A stretch of 52,101 nucleotides of DNA, counting the filler, from Squatina squatina (lineage: Eukaryota): the NCBI GenBank assembly GCA_031763465.1. It is 3 parts of 3 records of this genome, joined end to end, with 100 filler letters (N's around TTAATTAATTAA, not from the genome) between each part and the next. Parts side by side here need not be neighbours in the genome. Positions count along the whole stretch, not along the records: positions 1 to 15,776 come from JARFOE010000189.1; positions 15,877 to 34,464 come from JARFOE010000203.1; 1 more part is not named here. The stretch is one strand, 5' to 3'. Shown here one piece after another: positions 12,609-24,812 of the stretch. The position numbers were made by a program, and so were the translations under genes. A model generated the notes under the pieces. It was not told where the DNA came from, did no database searches, and saw only the letters and a list, made by a program, of their open reading frames with translations. The stretch's first letter is position 1. The number at the start of each line of letters is the position of its first letter.

Positions 12609-12784
12609 AGCGATGAGGGAGGAAAGAGAACTCTACAGAGAAAGTGGACATCTTTTCTAAAGACCCGAGTTGTGTGTTCCATCCCAGAGTTTGGCTTCCA
12701 TTTCAACATCTTGAGGGGTATCTATGTTTTGAACCAAGGAAGCTGGCAGAACACCATATTCTATGGGGTGTTCATATCGCAATG
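12609..12784 (+). CDS. SEMA4G: Class-4 semaphorin Sema-domain exon (176 nt), SEMA4G by synteny
   Basis: cacag|AGC...TG|gtaagt. SDEGGKRTLQRKWTSFLKTRVVCSIP...FYGVFISQW carries the Sema hallmark D.GG...LQ.KWT.FLK.R..C. Paralog identity is less certain than family identity. Confidence 0.75.
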
Positions 12785-12847
12785 GTAAGTACAAATACTG
12801 CATTCAGAAAATGGTGGAGATGTAACAAGCCAAGTGGCACACGATCG

Positions 12848-13210
12848 AGCTGACACTTTAGTACAGCACTGAGGGAGTGCTGCACTGCTGGAGGTGCTGC
12901 CTCTTGTGTGAAATGTTAAGCCGAGGCCCCTGTCTGCCTTCTCAGGTGGACGTAAAAGATCCCATTTCACATTTTCGAAGAAGAGCAGGGGAGTTCTCCT
13001 GATGTCCTAGCCAATATTCATCCCTCGACCAACACCACAAAAAACAGACGAGCGGGTTATTCATCATTGCTGTTTGTGGAATCTTGGCTGGCGTGTTTAC
13101 CTACAAAACAACAATGGCTACACCTCAAAAGGCAATCCCTGGTGGCAAAGTCTTTTGAGATGTCGTCAAGTTGTGATAAGGCGCTGTATAATTGCAAGTC
13201 TTTCTTTTGG
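12848..13210 (+). mobile_element. Deu-domain SINE (SacSINE1/AmnSINE1-related)
   Basis: gctgacact...ctgagggagtgctgcactg...ctcaggtggacgtaaaagatcccat...gaagagcaggggagttctcc core with an L2-like tail. Confidence 0.85.
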
Positions 13211-13481
13211 TAGAGTTGGATTCAGTTCTAAATCCCAGTTACAGCAGAATTTAATGGCANNNNNNNNNNNNNNNNNNNNNNNNNNNNNNNNNNNNNNNNN
13301 NNNNNNNNNNNNNNNNNNNNNNNNNNNNNNNNNNNNNNNNNNNNNNNNNNNNNNNNNNNTCATTATACACCTCCGCATTTATGACCTGATGGAAAATCAT
13401 GTTAAAGTAGTGCTCACTGACAGCATGTGCTCTGCATGGAATGACGGCTTAACTCTGACGCCATGCTTGTTTTAATTACAG

Positions 13482-13636
13482 AGGATGCTGTACATCGGAT
13501 CACAGAGCGCTGTGATCCAGCTCCCCGTGGCTAGCTGCCGCAAGTATTCCACGTGCTTTGATTGTGTCTTGGCTCGAGATCCTTACTGTGGTTGGGACGG
13601 CAAAGCTTGCCGGGAGATTCAGATGGAAAAGGACAG
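13482..13636 (+). CDS. SEMA4G: Class-4 semaphorin exon (155 nt): end of Sema domain and PSI domain
   Basis: ttacag|AGG...AG|gtactg. [51 protein letters not shown] contains the PSI motif [14 protein letters not shown]. Confidence 0.78.
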
Positions 13637-13739
13637 GTACTGTCGGCCACCTTGACTTTTGATAAAGCCTTGTCTGGAATGTCTGTCTTCATCACACAAA
13701 TAGTCAGTGGTGGGCTTTGGTCCAATGTTACACGTAACT

Positions 13740-13995
13740 GGTCATGAGGGGAGATGAGGAGAATTTTATTTTTTTACACAGCGAGTTGTTTTCTGGAATG
13801 CACGGCCTGAAAGGGCGGTGGAAGCGGATTCAATCGTGACTTTAAAAAGGGAATTGGTTAAATACTTGTAGGGGAAAAATTTGCAGAGTTATGGGGACAG
13901 AGCCGGGGGAGTGGGACTAATTGGACAGCCTTTTCAAAGAGCTGGCACAGGCATGATGGGCCAATTGGCTGCCTCCTGGGCTGAATCATTCTATT
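13740..13995 (+). mobile_element. CR1 LINE 3' end
   Basis: tttacacagcgagttg...tggaatgcac.gcctgaaagggcggtggaagc...gggactaattgga...gatgggccaa.tggc pattern. Confidence 0.8.
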
Positions 13996-14127
13996 AATGT
14001 CTCACTGAGATTTAGCATATCTTGGAAATAATACCAGCTAAAAAGGGCGATGGATTTTAAAGATTATCATGAGCAGTTTAGGTTCCCAGTATACTCAGGA
14101 ATATCCTACCCTATACAATCTCCTGCA

Positions 14128-14550
14128 TAGTAAGCTGTGGCTCAGTGGGTAGCATCCTCACCTGTGGGTTTAAGTCCCACTCCAGAGACTTGAGCACAAA
14201 AACCTAAGCTGGCATTCCACCACAGTGCTGAGGGAGTGTTACAGTGTTGGAAGTGCCGTCTTTAGGATGAGATGTTAAACCAAGGCCCCCTCTGGTAGTC
14301 ATAAAAGATTCCATTGCACTATTGTGAAGAAGAGTGACGGAGTTATCCCCTGGTGTCCTGGCCAATCTTTATCCCTCAATCATCATCACTTAAAAAACAG
14401 ATTATTTGGTCATTGCTGTTTGTAGTTTGCAGTGTGAAAAATAGGCTGCTGTGTTTCCTACATTACAACACTTTGAAAAAGTACTTAATTGGCTGTAAAG
14501 CGCTTAGGGACATCTGTTGATTGTGAGAAAGGGGCTATAGAAATCCAAGC
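14128..14550 (+). mobile_element. Near full-length tRNA-derived Deu-domain SINE
   Basis: tRNA-like head with A box tggctcagtgg and B box ggtttaagtcc, Deu core, L2-like tail. Confidence 0.85.
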
Positions 14551-14671
14551 CATCAATATAAGATAGTGGTGAGAATGTGGAACTCACTACCACAAGGAGT
14601 GGTTAAAGCTAATAGTATAGATGCATTTAAGTGGGGGGTGGGAGCTAGACAAGCATATGAGGGATAAAGAG

Positions 14672-15137
14672 TTACAACATCATGTATTTATATAGCGCCT
14701 TTAACATAGTGAAACATCCCAAGGCGCTTCACAGGAGTATTGAGAGATAAATTTAACACCAAGCTGCAGGAGGAGAAATTAGGGCAGGTGACCAAAAGTT
14801 TGGTCAAATAGTAGGTTTTAAGGAGTGTCGTGAAGGAGGAGAGATAGAGAGGTTTTAGGCAGGGAATCCAGAGCCTTAGGGCCCAGGCAACAAAGGCACA
14901 GCCCTATAGTGATTATAATCAGGGGCGCTCAAGAGAGCAGAATTAGAGGAGCGTAGATATCTCGGGTGGTTGTGGGACTGGAGAGGATTACAGAGATAGG
15001 GAGGGGCGAGGACATGGAGGGATTAGAAAACAAGGATGAGAATTTTAAAATCGAGGCAATACTTAACCGGGAGTCAATGTAGGTCAACGATCACAGGGGT
15101 GATGGGTGAACGGGACTTGGTGCGAGTTAGGACACGG
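14672..15137 (-). mobile_element. L2 LINE 3' end, interrupted at 15138 by a DNA transposon
   Basis: Reverse tail tatttatatagcgcctttaac. Colinear with the 10.1-kb L2 copy up to gttaggacacgg. Confidence 0.85.
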
Positions 15138-15776
15138 TAGGGTGGCCATTCGTCTGGTTTTCAGCTGGTCTGTCCCCTGTCTGGAATTGATACAGCACCG
15201 AATGCCTTGATGTCCACTATTTCCTTAATGGGTAGTTCTCTTTCACTATCGGACTCGAGGGCCCTGCGGAATTCAACCAGGCAGTTCTCAATGTCACTTG
15301 TATGGGGTCCGAAAGAAGTGTTTATGATTTTCCTGCCATCCCTCACAAGGAACACTCACTGCGCAAGCGTATAGGAGGTGGGGGGGGCAACTGGACCCAA
15401 GCGGCGACACAACGGCAGTGGGAGTGCGAGCTGGAGCTGGAGCGTTGATGTCACAAGGGAAGGCCCCGTGCGCACGTGCTGTGTTTCGAACATCCCGGGT
15501 CTCTGATAAGGCCCAGAGACAGAGTCAACAGAAGGGGCAGTGACCTGGCAGGGGAGCGCCTGGTATTCTGGAGTCCCGACAGTGGTAGAGTGACCAGATA
15601 TTTTAAAATGGAAAACCGGGACAAAACTTACCTTCCAGTCTGTGCACGCGCAGTCAATTCTCTGTTCTCGATCGCTGGAAGTCAGGACATTTCAGTGATT
15701 TACAGGTAGGTGACAGGACACTGGGATGTTTACTAAAAAAAAACCGGACTGTCCCCTCATTTCCAGGATGTCTGGG
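15138..15776 (+). mobile_element. hAT-Blackjack-like non-autonomous DNA elements; two left termini at 15138 and 15586
   Basis: Termini TAGGGTGGCCA and TAGAGTGACCAGA with subterminal (c)gggac/gtccc repeats, like MER81/MER94-type ends. Confidence 0.6.
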
Positions 15777-15876
15777 NNNNNNNNNNNNNNNNNNNNNNNN
15801 NNNNNNNNNNNNNNNNNNNNTTAATTAATTAANNNNNNNNNNNNNNNNNNNNNNNNNNNNNNNNNNNNNNNNNNNN
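15777..15876. other. Artificial scaffold-joining spacer N44-TTAATTAATTAA-N44
   Basis: Exact symmetric linker with stops in all six frames; repeated at 34465-34564. Confidence 0.97.
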
Positions 15877-16751
15877 CCAAACAAGGGCCGCCTGCGGCCG
15901 GATCGGACCACCATCCCCTCGTCTGGCATGCCAGTCGGCATGCGAGGCTGGTGGCCCAGTGACGGGCTGCGGGGACCCATCAAGATGGCCGGCGGCCCTC
16001 CCTGTTCAGGGAGGCCTTGCCGCTCTGCTGAAGTCAGCACGAATTTACTCAGTTGACAGCATAAGGTATAAAAGTTGACAATGACACAAGCCATACAGTT
16101 CCAGATGTGAGTGAACTGTCAGCTCTTAGCTGCTGACTACTGTGTCTCAGCACTCAGAGAGCAAAATAATTGCTAGTAGAGATTTATTTTTAGAAATAAA
16201 ACTGCTTGTATTAAATGTCCAGTGTATTTAGTGTCTCTGGGTGTGAAATTGTGGGCGTACAGTAATTTTTCATCCTGGTCCACCCTGGTTCATTGGGGTC
16301 TGCCGGCGAACTTGCTTAATGACAGCTACTTCTCTTTGTAATTTTTCACACGTGCTTAGCACAATCCCTTGAGTACTTTTCTTTAAAAGAGGTGCGTTAT
16401 TTTCGTTTTACTCACTTCTGTGCATTTATATAGGCTGCTTGCGGGATCAAATACAAGGTTATGGGAGAGAGACATATTGAAGCTAAGTTAATCAGTGCCC
16501 TGATTAGTACAGTGTTCCATCTCTGCTGAAAGCTGTAACCTGCATTCATTCTCTCTCAGTAACACCTGCCCACCGCATGTTAATGAGAGCTTAAGATTCA
16601 AAATAAAACAGCAAAAGTGAAGATTAAAGGATTAGCTATGAATACAGGAAATTCAAAAATATCAGAAAATGCTGGCAATGCTCAGCAAAACAGTTATCTT
16701 TTGAAAAACAAAAGGTAGGTTAGGTTTGAGGTAAGATTCTTAATCAGGCAA

Positions 16752-16977
16752 AAGGCAACAGAGAGCGTAGACAATGGTATTGCAGTAGATGTAATTTTTC
16801 TAGATTTTCAAAAGACCTTCGATAAGGTACCCCAGAATAGACTGATGAACAAGGTCAGAGAATGTAGAGTCAGGGGACAAGTAGCAGAATGGATAGCCAG
16901 CTGGCTTCAAGACAGAAAGCAGAGAGTAGGGATAAAAGGTAGCTATTCACAGTGGCAGATGGTAGGTAATGGTGTTC
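16752..16977 (+). mobile_element. CR1 LINE RT fragment
   Basis: VDVIFLDFQKTFDKVP...WIASWLQDRKQRVGIKG..SQW..V.NGV. Confidence 0.88.
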
Positions 16978-17957
16978 NNNNNNNNNNNNNNNNNNNNNNN
17001 NNNNNNNNNNNNNNNNNNNNNNNNNNNNNNNNNNNNNNNNNNNNNNNNNNNNNNNNNNNNNNNNNNNNNNNNNNNNNTATTGCTCTGGGAAACAATCCCG
17101 AACGCACTCTATAAATTCATTCCCATCCTCCCAGTGGTGGAGACCCAGTCAGCAGGGGGAATCTCGCTAAAATCCTGCCTTGCATAATCCCCCCCGCCAA
17201 GGAGAGTTTGATCAGATGCTGGCCAGATAATATGCCTGGGCCGCAACTCCACCCAGCCATTTTTACTGAGGATATCTGGAAAATCCAGGCCTAAATGTCC
17301 TGCTTTTTTTCCTCCTTTTTTCCCCTCCGACTGTGTGCCAGCTCCAGCCAAAATGGTTGTTGGGCAACTTACTATACCAGGCCTCTGTCAGTGTCACTCT
17401 GGGATATCTTTAAGAGCAGCTTGAGATGACTGTCACTTTTCCCTCTGTCTGGCTTCTAGTATGCTTAGCAGCATTGCTAAAATGCAGTTTTTTTTCTATT
17501 GTCTCACAATAGGTCATGAAATCACAAAGAGAATCAGCCTTTTTTATCCTTTAGGCCACAACATTATTTCAGCAAGCTGGTGCAAAAACAAATTTGAATT
17601 TGGAATCAGTAAGCCCTGCATGAAGTCAAAGAGAATCTATTTTTTGGGCCATGGTGCATAGACCTGAAGATTGCATCACAGTTGGTGCCAATTTATACTG
17701 CACAAATACAATTTATCCCTTTACGTTTGGGGAATACCTTTCAGTGCTATTTGAAATGAAGACTGGAGCAAGAGAAAGAGCTGGTAACTTTAAAGGAGAA
17801 GATGGCTTCATAAGGATCAGTGATAGAGAGTACATCACCTCTGAGATAGTCGTTCCTATTTTTGTAAGCTATTATTCAGTGCTCCTCCATGAAGCCCCAT
17901 ATCTCCTCCAGTACATTCCAAAGATTGAAGCCTATTGGACTGGGGTGATGTGAAATT

Positions 17958-18181
17958 AAAACAGAAAAAGCTGGAAAAACTCAGCAGGTCAGATGGTCAG
18001 CATCTGTCGAGAGAGAAACAGAGTTAACGTTTCAGCTCGATGACCCTTCGTCAGAACTAGAAAAAGTAAGAAATGTCGCAGGCTTTTAAGCAGGTGCAGG
18101 GGCGGGGAAAGGGGGGAGGGGGAGGAAAGAACAAAAGGGAAGGTCTGTGATAGGGTGGAAGGCAGAAGAGATTAAGGGACA
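17958..18181 (-). mobile_element. Penelope-like element terminal repeat fragment
   Basis: acagaaaaagctggaaaaactcagcaggtc...gagagagaaacagagttaacgtttcag motif, also at 23415-23578 and (opposite orientation) 29651-29726. Family assignment from memory of shark repeats. Confidence 0.65.
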
Positions 18182-18281
18182 NNNNNNNNNNNNNNNNNNN
18201 NNNNNNNNNNNNNNNNNNNNNNNNNNNNNNNNNNNNNNNNNNNNNNNNNNNNNNNNNNNNNNNNNNNNNNNNNNNNNNNNN

Positions 18282-19019
18282 TCTAGTTGCAGTTCCCCCT
18301 TGGGCTGCACCATCACATGGAGATGAAGCAGAGGCAGCAAAGGGGACAAGCTGCTCGCAGAGGGAAGAGGAAGAGGAAGAAGAGGAGGAAGCAGAAGAGG
18401 AAAAAGCAAAAAAGGAGGACACAGAAGCGGAAAGAAGGATACAACCCATACAACCCCTTTCTGGCCAGGATATCCAAATCAGCCACCTGCAGTCCCAGTG
18501 ACCGCAACCCCAATTCCCCTTTCAACATTGGTTCCACACCTTACCTTCCCTCTGTTACTGACCATCATAGCGTCCTCTTGACCACAATGCTGAAGTAAAA
18601 GCCACCACAAAGCAAACTTTTTAATCCAGCTTTATCCAGATATGCATCCAATATTACGTTAAAAAAATCACCTAATCACCCTTGTGCATTCCCTTTGTGA
18701 CTGTCTTTTGTGTGCATTTGCCTATCCTCATGATGTCATGCAGTGCTACCCCAGTGGTTGCAGCATGGCTGGTGGAAGGCAACTGACTTTCACAGGGGGT
18801 CACTGCAGATGGCCTTGCAGGACAACCTCGAGAAGCTGGTGAATGAGAGTGTGAAATCGAGCGATGGTGTTCCTTCTTTTTCTTCTTCACTCTCCTCTCC
18901 CTCTCCTTGGTGTTAACCACTGGGTGGGCAGGCTGGATTGCTTGGGAGTCTGAAATGAGGAAGGCACAAGTGTAAGGTTTGTGGTGAGGGGAGAGTGAGA
19001 AAGCAAGAGGTGCATGCTT
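18282..19019. mobile_element. Probable PIF/Harbinger internal fragment: Glu-rich end of one ORF (+) converging on the end of a second ORF (-)
   Basis: Plus-strand poly-GAR tract (EEEEEEEEEEAEEE) and minus-strand ORF ending TKGMHKGD*. The convergent two-gene layout fits Harbinger, but no catalytic motif is visible. Confidence 0.45.
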
Positions 19020-19989
19020 NNNNNNNNNNNNNNNNNNNNNNNNNNNNNNNNNNNNNNNNNNNNNNNNNNNNNNNNNNNNNNNNNNNNNNNNNNNNNNNNN
19101 NNNNNNNNNNNNNNNNNNNGCAGCCCAATCGAAAGAGGGCAGGAGATCTCAGTCAACCAATTTGCCAGTGTATATGAAACAGAGAAAATACAGGATCAGG
19201 AACGGGATCCATGTGAGTCTTGGGGGAGACCTGGGCAACACAGCTGTAAGGAGCACTATTGTCCCACTCATGTCATAGAAGTGGCCGTCTATCCCCGGCA
19301 TGGCCAAGGTTGCTGATTTGTTGGGTTGTCCCTTACAACTTCATATAACTGTATCAGCAGCTGTTCAAGTCAGGAGCAGTGCAGCACTACAATATTTATA
19401 ATTAGTTTGGTAATCCATAACTAATGGGAGTACATTAATTAAATGTGTTTTTAAAAGACTGATGTAATTAGGCCACTGCCTACATTTTAATGACATACTG
19501 TGCTCATTATGTGACTAATTAAATGTAAAATGTTCAAAGCTCCAGCAAATGAATATACAAAACTGTCAGGAGAGACTTGGATTATTTTTGTTTTGATTAT
19601 ATCATCACAAATATATTGTTAAAAACAGAAGCATCATCTTTGAATTTCCCTTTTCGCTTGTGTGAAGACTTTATTGGTGCTCACTTGTACACACTCTGCG
19701 GATATGGTTTGCTTTTTGCAGTGGGCTGAGAGGACCATAGAGACCTGCAATGGAGGAGGAAAGCCCTAGGCCTGACTATACCCCTCCCACCCAATCCCAA
19801 TTCGCACATTATGGCTAAGTGGCTCTNNNNNNNNNNNNNNNNNNNNNNNNNNNNNNNNNNNNNNNNNNNNNNNNNNNNNNNNNNNNNNNNNNNNNNNNNN
19901 NNNNNNNNNNNNNNNNNNNNNNNNNNGGCTCATTCAAAACTATGTCAGACAAGCAGTGGAGGGGTTGTGACAATTGGTAGAGGTGGATG

Positions 19990-20560
19990 TCAATGTAAAA
20001 TTCTGCCAAGGGGCAGAATGTAGATGAGAGGGCCAAGGATAGTGAAGGATAGGCCAAGGAGGTAAGAGTGCAGGGTGGGAAAAGAAATGTCATTAGAGGT
20101 GCTCTGGCTATGATTGGATAGATAAGAGTGGAGCCAAGCAAGGGCAGTCCCCTCAAGCTGGACAATGGAGGACAGGCTTTGGAGGAGGATGGTGTGATTG
20201 ACTTGTCATCAGTTGCAGAGAGGTCAAGGAGGACAAGGAGGGATAGTGCAACAATCACAGAGGATGATAATTACAACTTTGTTTATGACTTTTACAGTTC
20301 TGTGACAGTAGCGAAAACCTGAGTGGAGAGATTCAAAAATGGAATTGTGGGAGAGATGGCTAGAGATTTGAGAGCAGACAACATGTTTGAGGACATGGGA
20401 GAGGAAAGGGAGGTTGAAGATAAGGTGATAATTTGTAAGGACATAGGGGTTGAGGGTGGTTTTTTTTTTTGAGGAGTGGGTGATGGCGGTGGTTTTGAGG
20501 GAGAGGGGCACTGTACCTAAGGAGAAGGAACTATTGATGTCAGCTACAAAGGGGACTCGA
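19990..20560 (-). mobile_element. L2 LINE RT fragment
   Basis: NYHLIFNLPFLSHVLKHVV...FESLHSGFR; LLVLLDLSA. Confidence 0.85.
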
Positions 20561-23414
20561 GCAGAAAAATATTTTTACATATCTACCTCCAAATTTCTCT
20601 CAATCCACAGCAATTCAACTCTGACTGAACTGGTGATCTTCTTGGACCACTTCCCCACAGGGCGCATCTGAGCTGCAGTCAGCGACACTGGGCACAGACT
20701 AGGCATTGACTCAGAGAGAGTGAGTCAAAGTATACTTTACATTGGTAAAAAAAAATGTAAATTAATAATTTTTAAAATTGGGGCTATTTTTGGAAGGTAA
20801 GCTGAAAACGTCAACCCGTCAAGTCATGCCTTTGTGTATCAAAGATGCCTTTGAGTTGTGGTACAGATGCATGTGTTAGTGAAAGGAGTCTTCATATTCA
20901 TTCACACTAAATGCCAATGCGGTCAATGCAAACTGTGCTTCAAGATTGAGGAAAGCCAGGGAACTCCGAATACCATACAGATTTCACTGCAGGTCCTGAA
21001 ATGTGTTAAGTTTTTTAATAATCTACAAGCTGACCTCCCATGATGTTACTCACTGGCTTGTGTGGACTCTGCAGCACAGTTGCGCAGTTTAACTGTTAAC
21101 CTGGCCTGAACCTTTCAGACCATTGTTCAAATACTCCTGTGGGAATCTGGGTAATTGTAGATGCTTGTAAATTGCTCAGGACTATTCGAGGTCAGTAATT
21201 TGATTATACATTTCAAGCTGCAGCTCAATAATTGGCTTGTTTTGCATCTATAACAAAAGGCGACATCTGGAGGGTGTTGGATAAGCACTAGGTACAAGCT
21301 GTGTATATTTTGTACATTCAAAAAGAAGTCATTCGTATGCCTAACTACAAACACTTCTTGTCATCTAAAGCCAAGTCAGCACCTGGGCACATGCATCAAA
21401 CACTGCTGTGTTGTATATCAGAATATAACTTGGCAGTATAGGGTTTATTACAAGTCATATTTCTAATTTGAATTTCATTATGGAGTACTTGCTGCTTCAC
21501 ATAACATCTATCCAGCACTTTTAGTCATTTAAGTTCCATGGGGAACTGTGATAAATGAATATTCAACGTCAGACTATTTTCAGATGCAGTTAAATATAAT
21601 GATGGTTCTCTATACGCACTCAAAAAGAACACAAAGTTAATGACAGAAAGTCCCTCATCACATTTAGTCAAAATCTAAAAAATAGTTTTCAAGTCAGTGA
21701 GGTGAAAATCAAACATTTTTAGATGCATGAATAGCACAAATGTGATTCTCAGTAGATTTACTGGGAAACAGAAATGCATCTAATGATGAAGATTGTGAGG
21801 ACAGCTCACCTCAACTAAATAGGTTAAGGACCATGAGTAGTGGTAGCAGGGGGGATAATCTCAAGTTAGGTACAACCAGAACTAAGTTAGCTATGAGGTG
21901 GCTGTGCCCAGAAAACAATGGACCAGAGGCTGTCGGCTCATATGGTCGATGCTAATTCGTTCAATTCCTTCAAGCGAGAGCTGGACCGGTTTCTGGCTGG
22001 GGCGGAGATCACCTCGAACGAAGAGGTATCCCGGTGAGGGGGTGCCAGGGTTGATCTGGTTCCTCAAATATCCCAGCAAATTACAGGGCCCCAGGAGTGC
22101 AGGCAGTGATGCAGAAGGCATTGTGGATGCATGGGACAGGCTGGATGGTATGTTTGAATCCTCTGAGGATAAAAATCTCCTTTATGACTAATGAGTTTTG
22201 AAAGTTTTTAATTTTGGGAACAAAAACAACATGGCTCCTTTAAATGACTGTAGTCTTCAGCAGCTATGTCTCCCTGGTAACAACCAAAGAATGAGAGCTT
22301 GTGTGGCTAAATTTGTGTTTCACATGTCACATTTAACGTTTTTTACCTTGAGTTCTCTCCCTCCTGTTTTGATGTTGGTGGCTGAAGTTAGGTTCCAAAG
22401 GGACTGGGATCCCTCCTCCATCTCATTTGAAATGCTTTTCCTCAAATGCAGCTTTGTTCTTTGATCATCTGGCCACTGCAATCCAGCCCGATCCTGTTCA
22501 GGGTTACTGCCTCCTAACTGTTTCTCCCGAGTCAGGGATGCTGACGCCATTTATAGAACCTCCAAGTCCACCTTAACTGAGGTCAGTGAATACTGCATAG
22601 ACCAGGGACAATTGAATATTATAACCTGTTGCAACACAAAACATTGTGTAGATCCCAGAAGAGGTTAAAATGAGAATATGTGGAGCCCGCTGTGTGTCCT
22701 ATATAAATGATCTCCCTTTACAGTGTCCAGCTTGTGAGCGAATGACTCTATGCAGCTCAGTACAACAGAAAGCTCCAATTCTGGTAATAAATGATGGATT
22801 TCCAAGCTGTGGCGCTGCCTCATTGCCTTCCCCCAGGAGGAATTACTTTAATCATAATGGTTTGCAGTGGCATTAGAACGAGTATAACACTTCATCATCA
22901 GAGCAGATAATGCTTCTCTTCTGCCTGTCCATCTGGTAGCACAGAGGTTGGGTAGATAGTGATTTGTTGGAAATGCATTTAATATCTTTCACTCAAAAAT
23001 TCATTGTTGTCATCTTCATTAGGAGTATGTACATCAGTTATGCTTCCTGTGTTAGGATAATAAGACTGATCTGATTTTTGTCCTTGCACGCAGGATCCCA
23101 ATCAGCTTAGTTACAAATGTGGCTCATTTTCATTGACTGCCCTGCAGGATGTTGCTTATTACTGTCTATGGCTTGTGTTGTAGAACAAGTTTAAATTGTT
23201 CTTGATTGAACGGTGAGGACATGCTGCTGAATGTCACCCACTACAGACTTACCAGAGGTTCTATCACACACTCATCTTAAGGTATATTTTGCACAGAGCT
23301 TCAAATTTCTCCACCTGGTATCAAACTTTATCACTAGTTTTGCATATTTCTGGTTTCCAACAGATTTACTTCAAATCTGGTTTTGTTGTTGCAATTCCAT
23401 ATATATCCGAAATA

Positions 23415-23578
23415 GCAACAGGTGATGCTGGAAACACTCGGCAGGTCAGGCAGCATCTGTGGAGAGTAACAGAGTTCACGTTTATGGTCGATGATCTTTC
23501 AACAGAACTGGAAGATGTTAGAGGTGAACAACTTTTCAGCAAGTGCAGAGCCAGGGAAAATGGGGCGAGGAAGGAACG
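23415..23578 (-). mobile_element. Penelope-like element terminal repeat fragment
   Basis: Same motif as 17958-18181. Confidence 0.6.
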
Positions 23579-24304
23579 NNNNNNNNNNNNNNNNNNNNNN
23601 NNNNNNNNNNNNNNNNNNNNNNNNNNNNNNNNNNNNNNNNNNNNNNNNNNNNNNNNNNNNNNNNNNNNNNNNNNNNNNGTGCTGTTGCTAAAATTGTCTG
23701 AGCATACCGTTGGTTTGCTGTCACCGAATGAAACGTATGCATTGTCAATGCAGTCTATAACTTATGCTAATGGCAAGTAATGAGTAATGAAGCTGGCATT
23801 CCATTTTCCTGAGAACAGATGGTTTGCTGTGGCATTTATAGTGGGAATAGCACTTCTGAGGAGAATGCATTTGTCATTTCCAATCATACCCTGTATGACT
23901 AATTCCCGTAAATATAGAATGTTCAGATGAGCTTCCATTGCTTAAATCTTTCGTGATTTTGGTGCTTGATTGTTGCTTAGGGAAAAAGAAAAATCTGGTA
24001 ACGCTCACTTCTAATCTCAAAGGAAAATAAAATAGCCAAGGGTTGCAAATCTTTAAATGCATGTCCCAAACCACCCTCACCAGAGTAGGGATGAATGGTC
24101 TTACCTACAAGCCTAGTTAACGAGCCTTTGTTATTAATAATTCCTGGGGCTGGCAAATAAGTCCTTCTCATCTTACTGAGGTGGGAGAACCTCTGCTAAG
24201 TGTAGCAGACTTCCACCATTAGAATGATCAGGCCCAGTGGAAAAGCCTGGTTATGTGGGATTTCTTTTTATTTTATTTCTTCCAGAATTTTACATATTCT
24301 TAAT

Positions 24305-24637
24305 TGTCAGGTATCAGCTCTGAGTCAAAAGGTCTGGAATTCCAGTCCCATTCCAGAGGCTTGACATCGTAATCTAAGCTGAGGCTTCAGTGCAGGACTG
24401 AGGGAGTGCTGCACTGCCACAGGAGCCGTCTTTCTGATGAGACGTTAAAATGTCTGCCCTCTCAGATGGACGTTAAAGATCCCATGGCACTGTTCAAAGA
24501 AGAGCAGGGGGAGTTCTCTCCAGTGTCCTGGCCAATGTTTATCCCGCAATCAACATCACTAAAACAGATTAACTAGTCATGATCACATTACTGTTTTTGG
24601 GAGTCTGCTGTGCTCAAATTGGTTGCTGCATTTCCTT
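24305..24637 (+). mobile_element. Deu-domain SINE
   Basis: ctgagggagtgctgcactg...gatggacgttaaagatcccatggcact...gaagagcagggggagttctc. Confidence 0.85.
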
Positions 24638-24644
24638 GTGACAC

Positions 24645-24812
24645 AAGAAACATAGAAACATGGAAAATAGGAGCAGGAGTAGACCATTCGGCCCTTCGAA
24701 CCTGCTCCGCCATTCAATATGATCATGGTTGATCGTCCAAATTCAGTACCCTGTTCCTGCTTTCTCCCCATATCCCTTGATCCCTTTAGCTCTAAGAACT
24801 ATATCTAACTCC
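24645..24812 (-). mobile_element. CR1/HER1-like LINE 3' end
   Basis: aaacatagaaacat..aaaataggagcaggagtagaccattcggccc tail with short terminal repeats. Confidence 0.8.

Noticed and set aside
14135-14185. tRNA gene
   Set aside because: The A/B boxes belong to a SINE head followed by the Deu core; no full cloverleaf is present.
15821-15832. TTAATTAATTAA palindrome (also 34509-34520) as a biological site
   Set aside because: Synthetic six-frame stop linker with symmetric N padding.
17651-17953. 100-aa ORF (MVHRPEDC...)
   Set aside because: No recognisable motif or splice context; could be chance or a decayed TE. A profile search would be needed.
18287-18598. Lys/Arg-rich protamine-like ORF
   Set aside because: Alternative-frame reading of a GAR purine-rich low-complexity tract.
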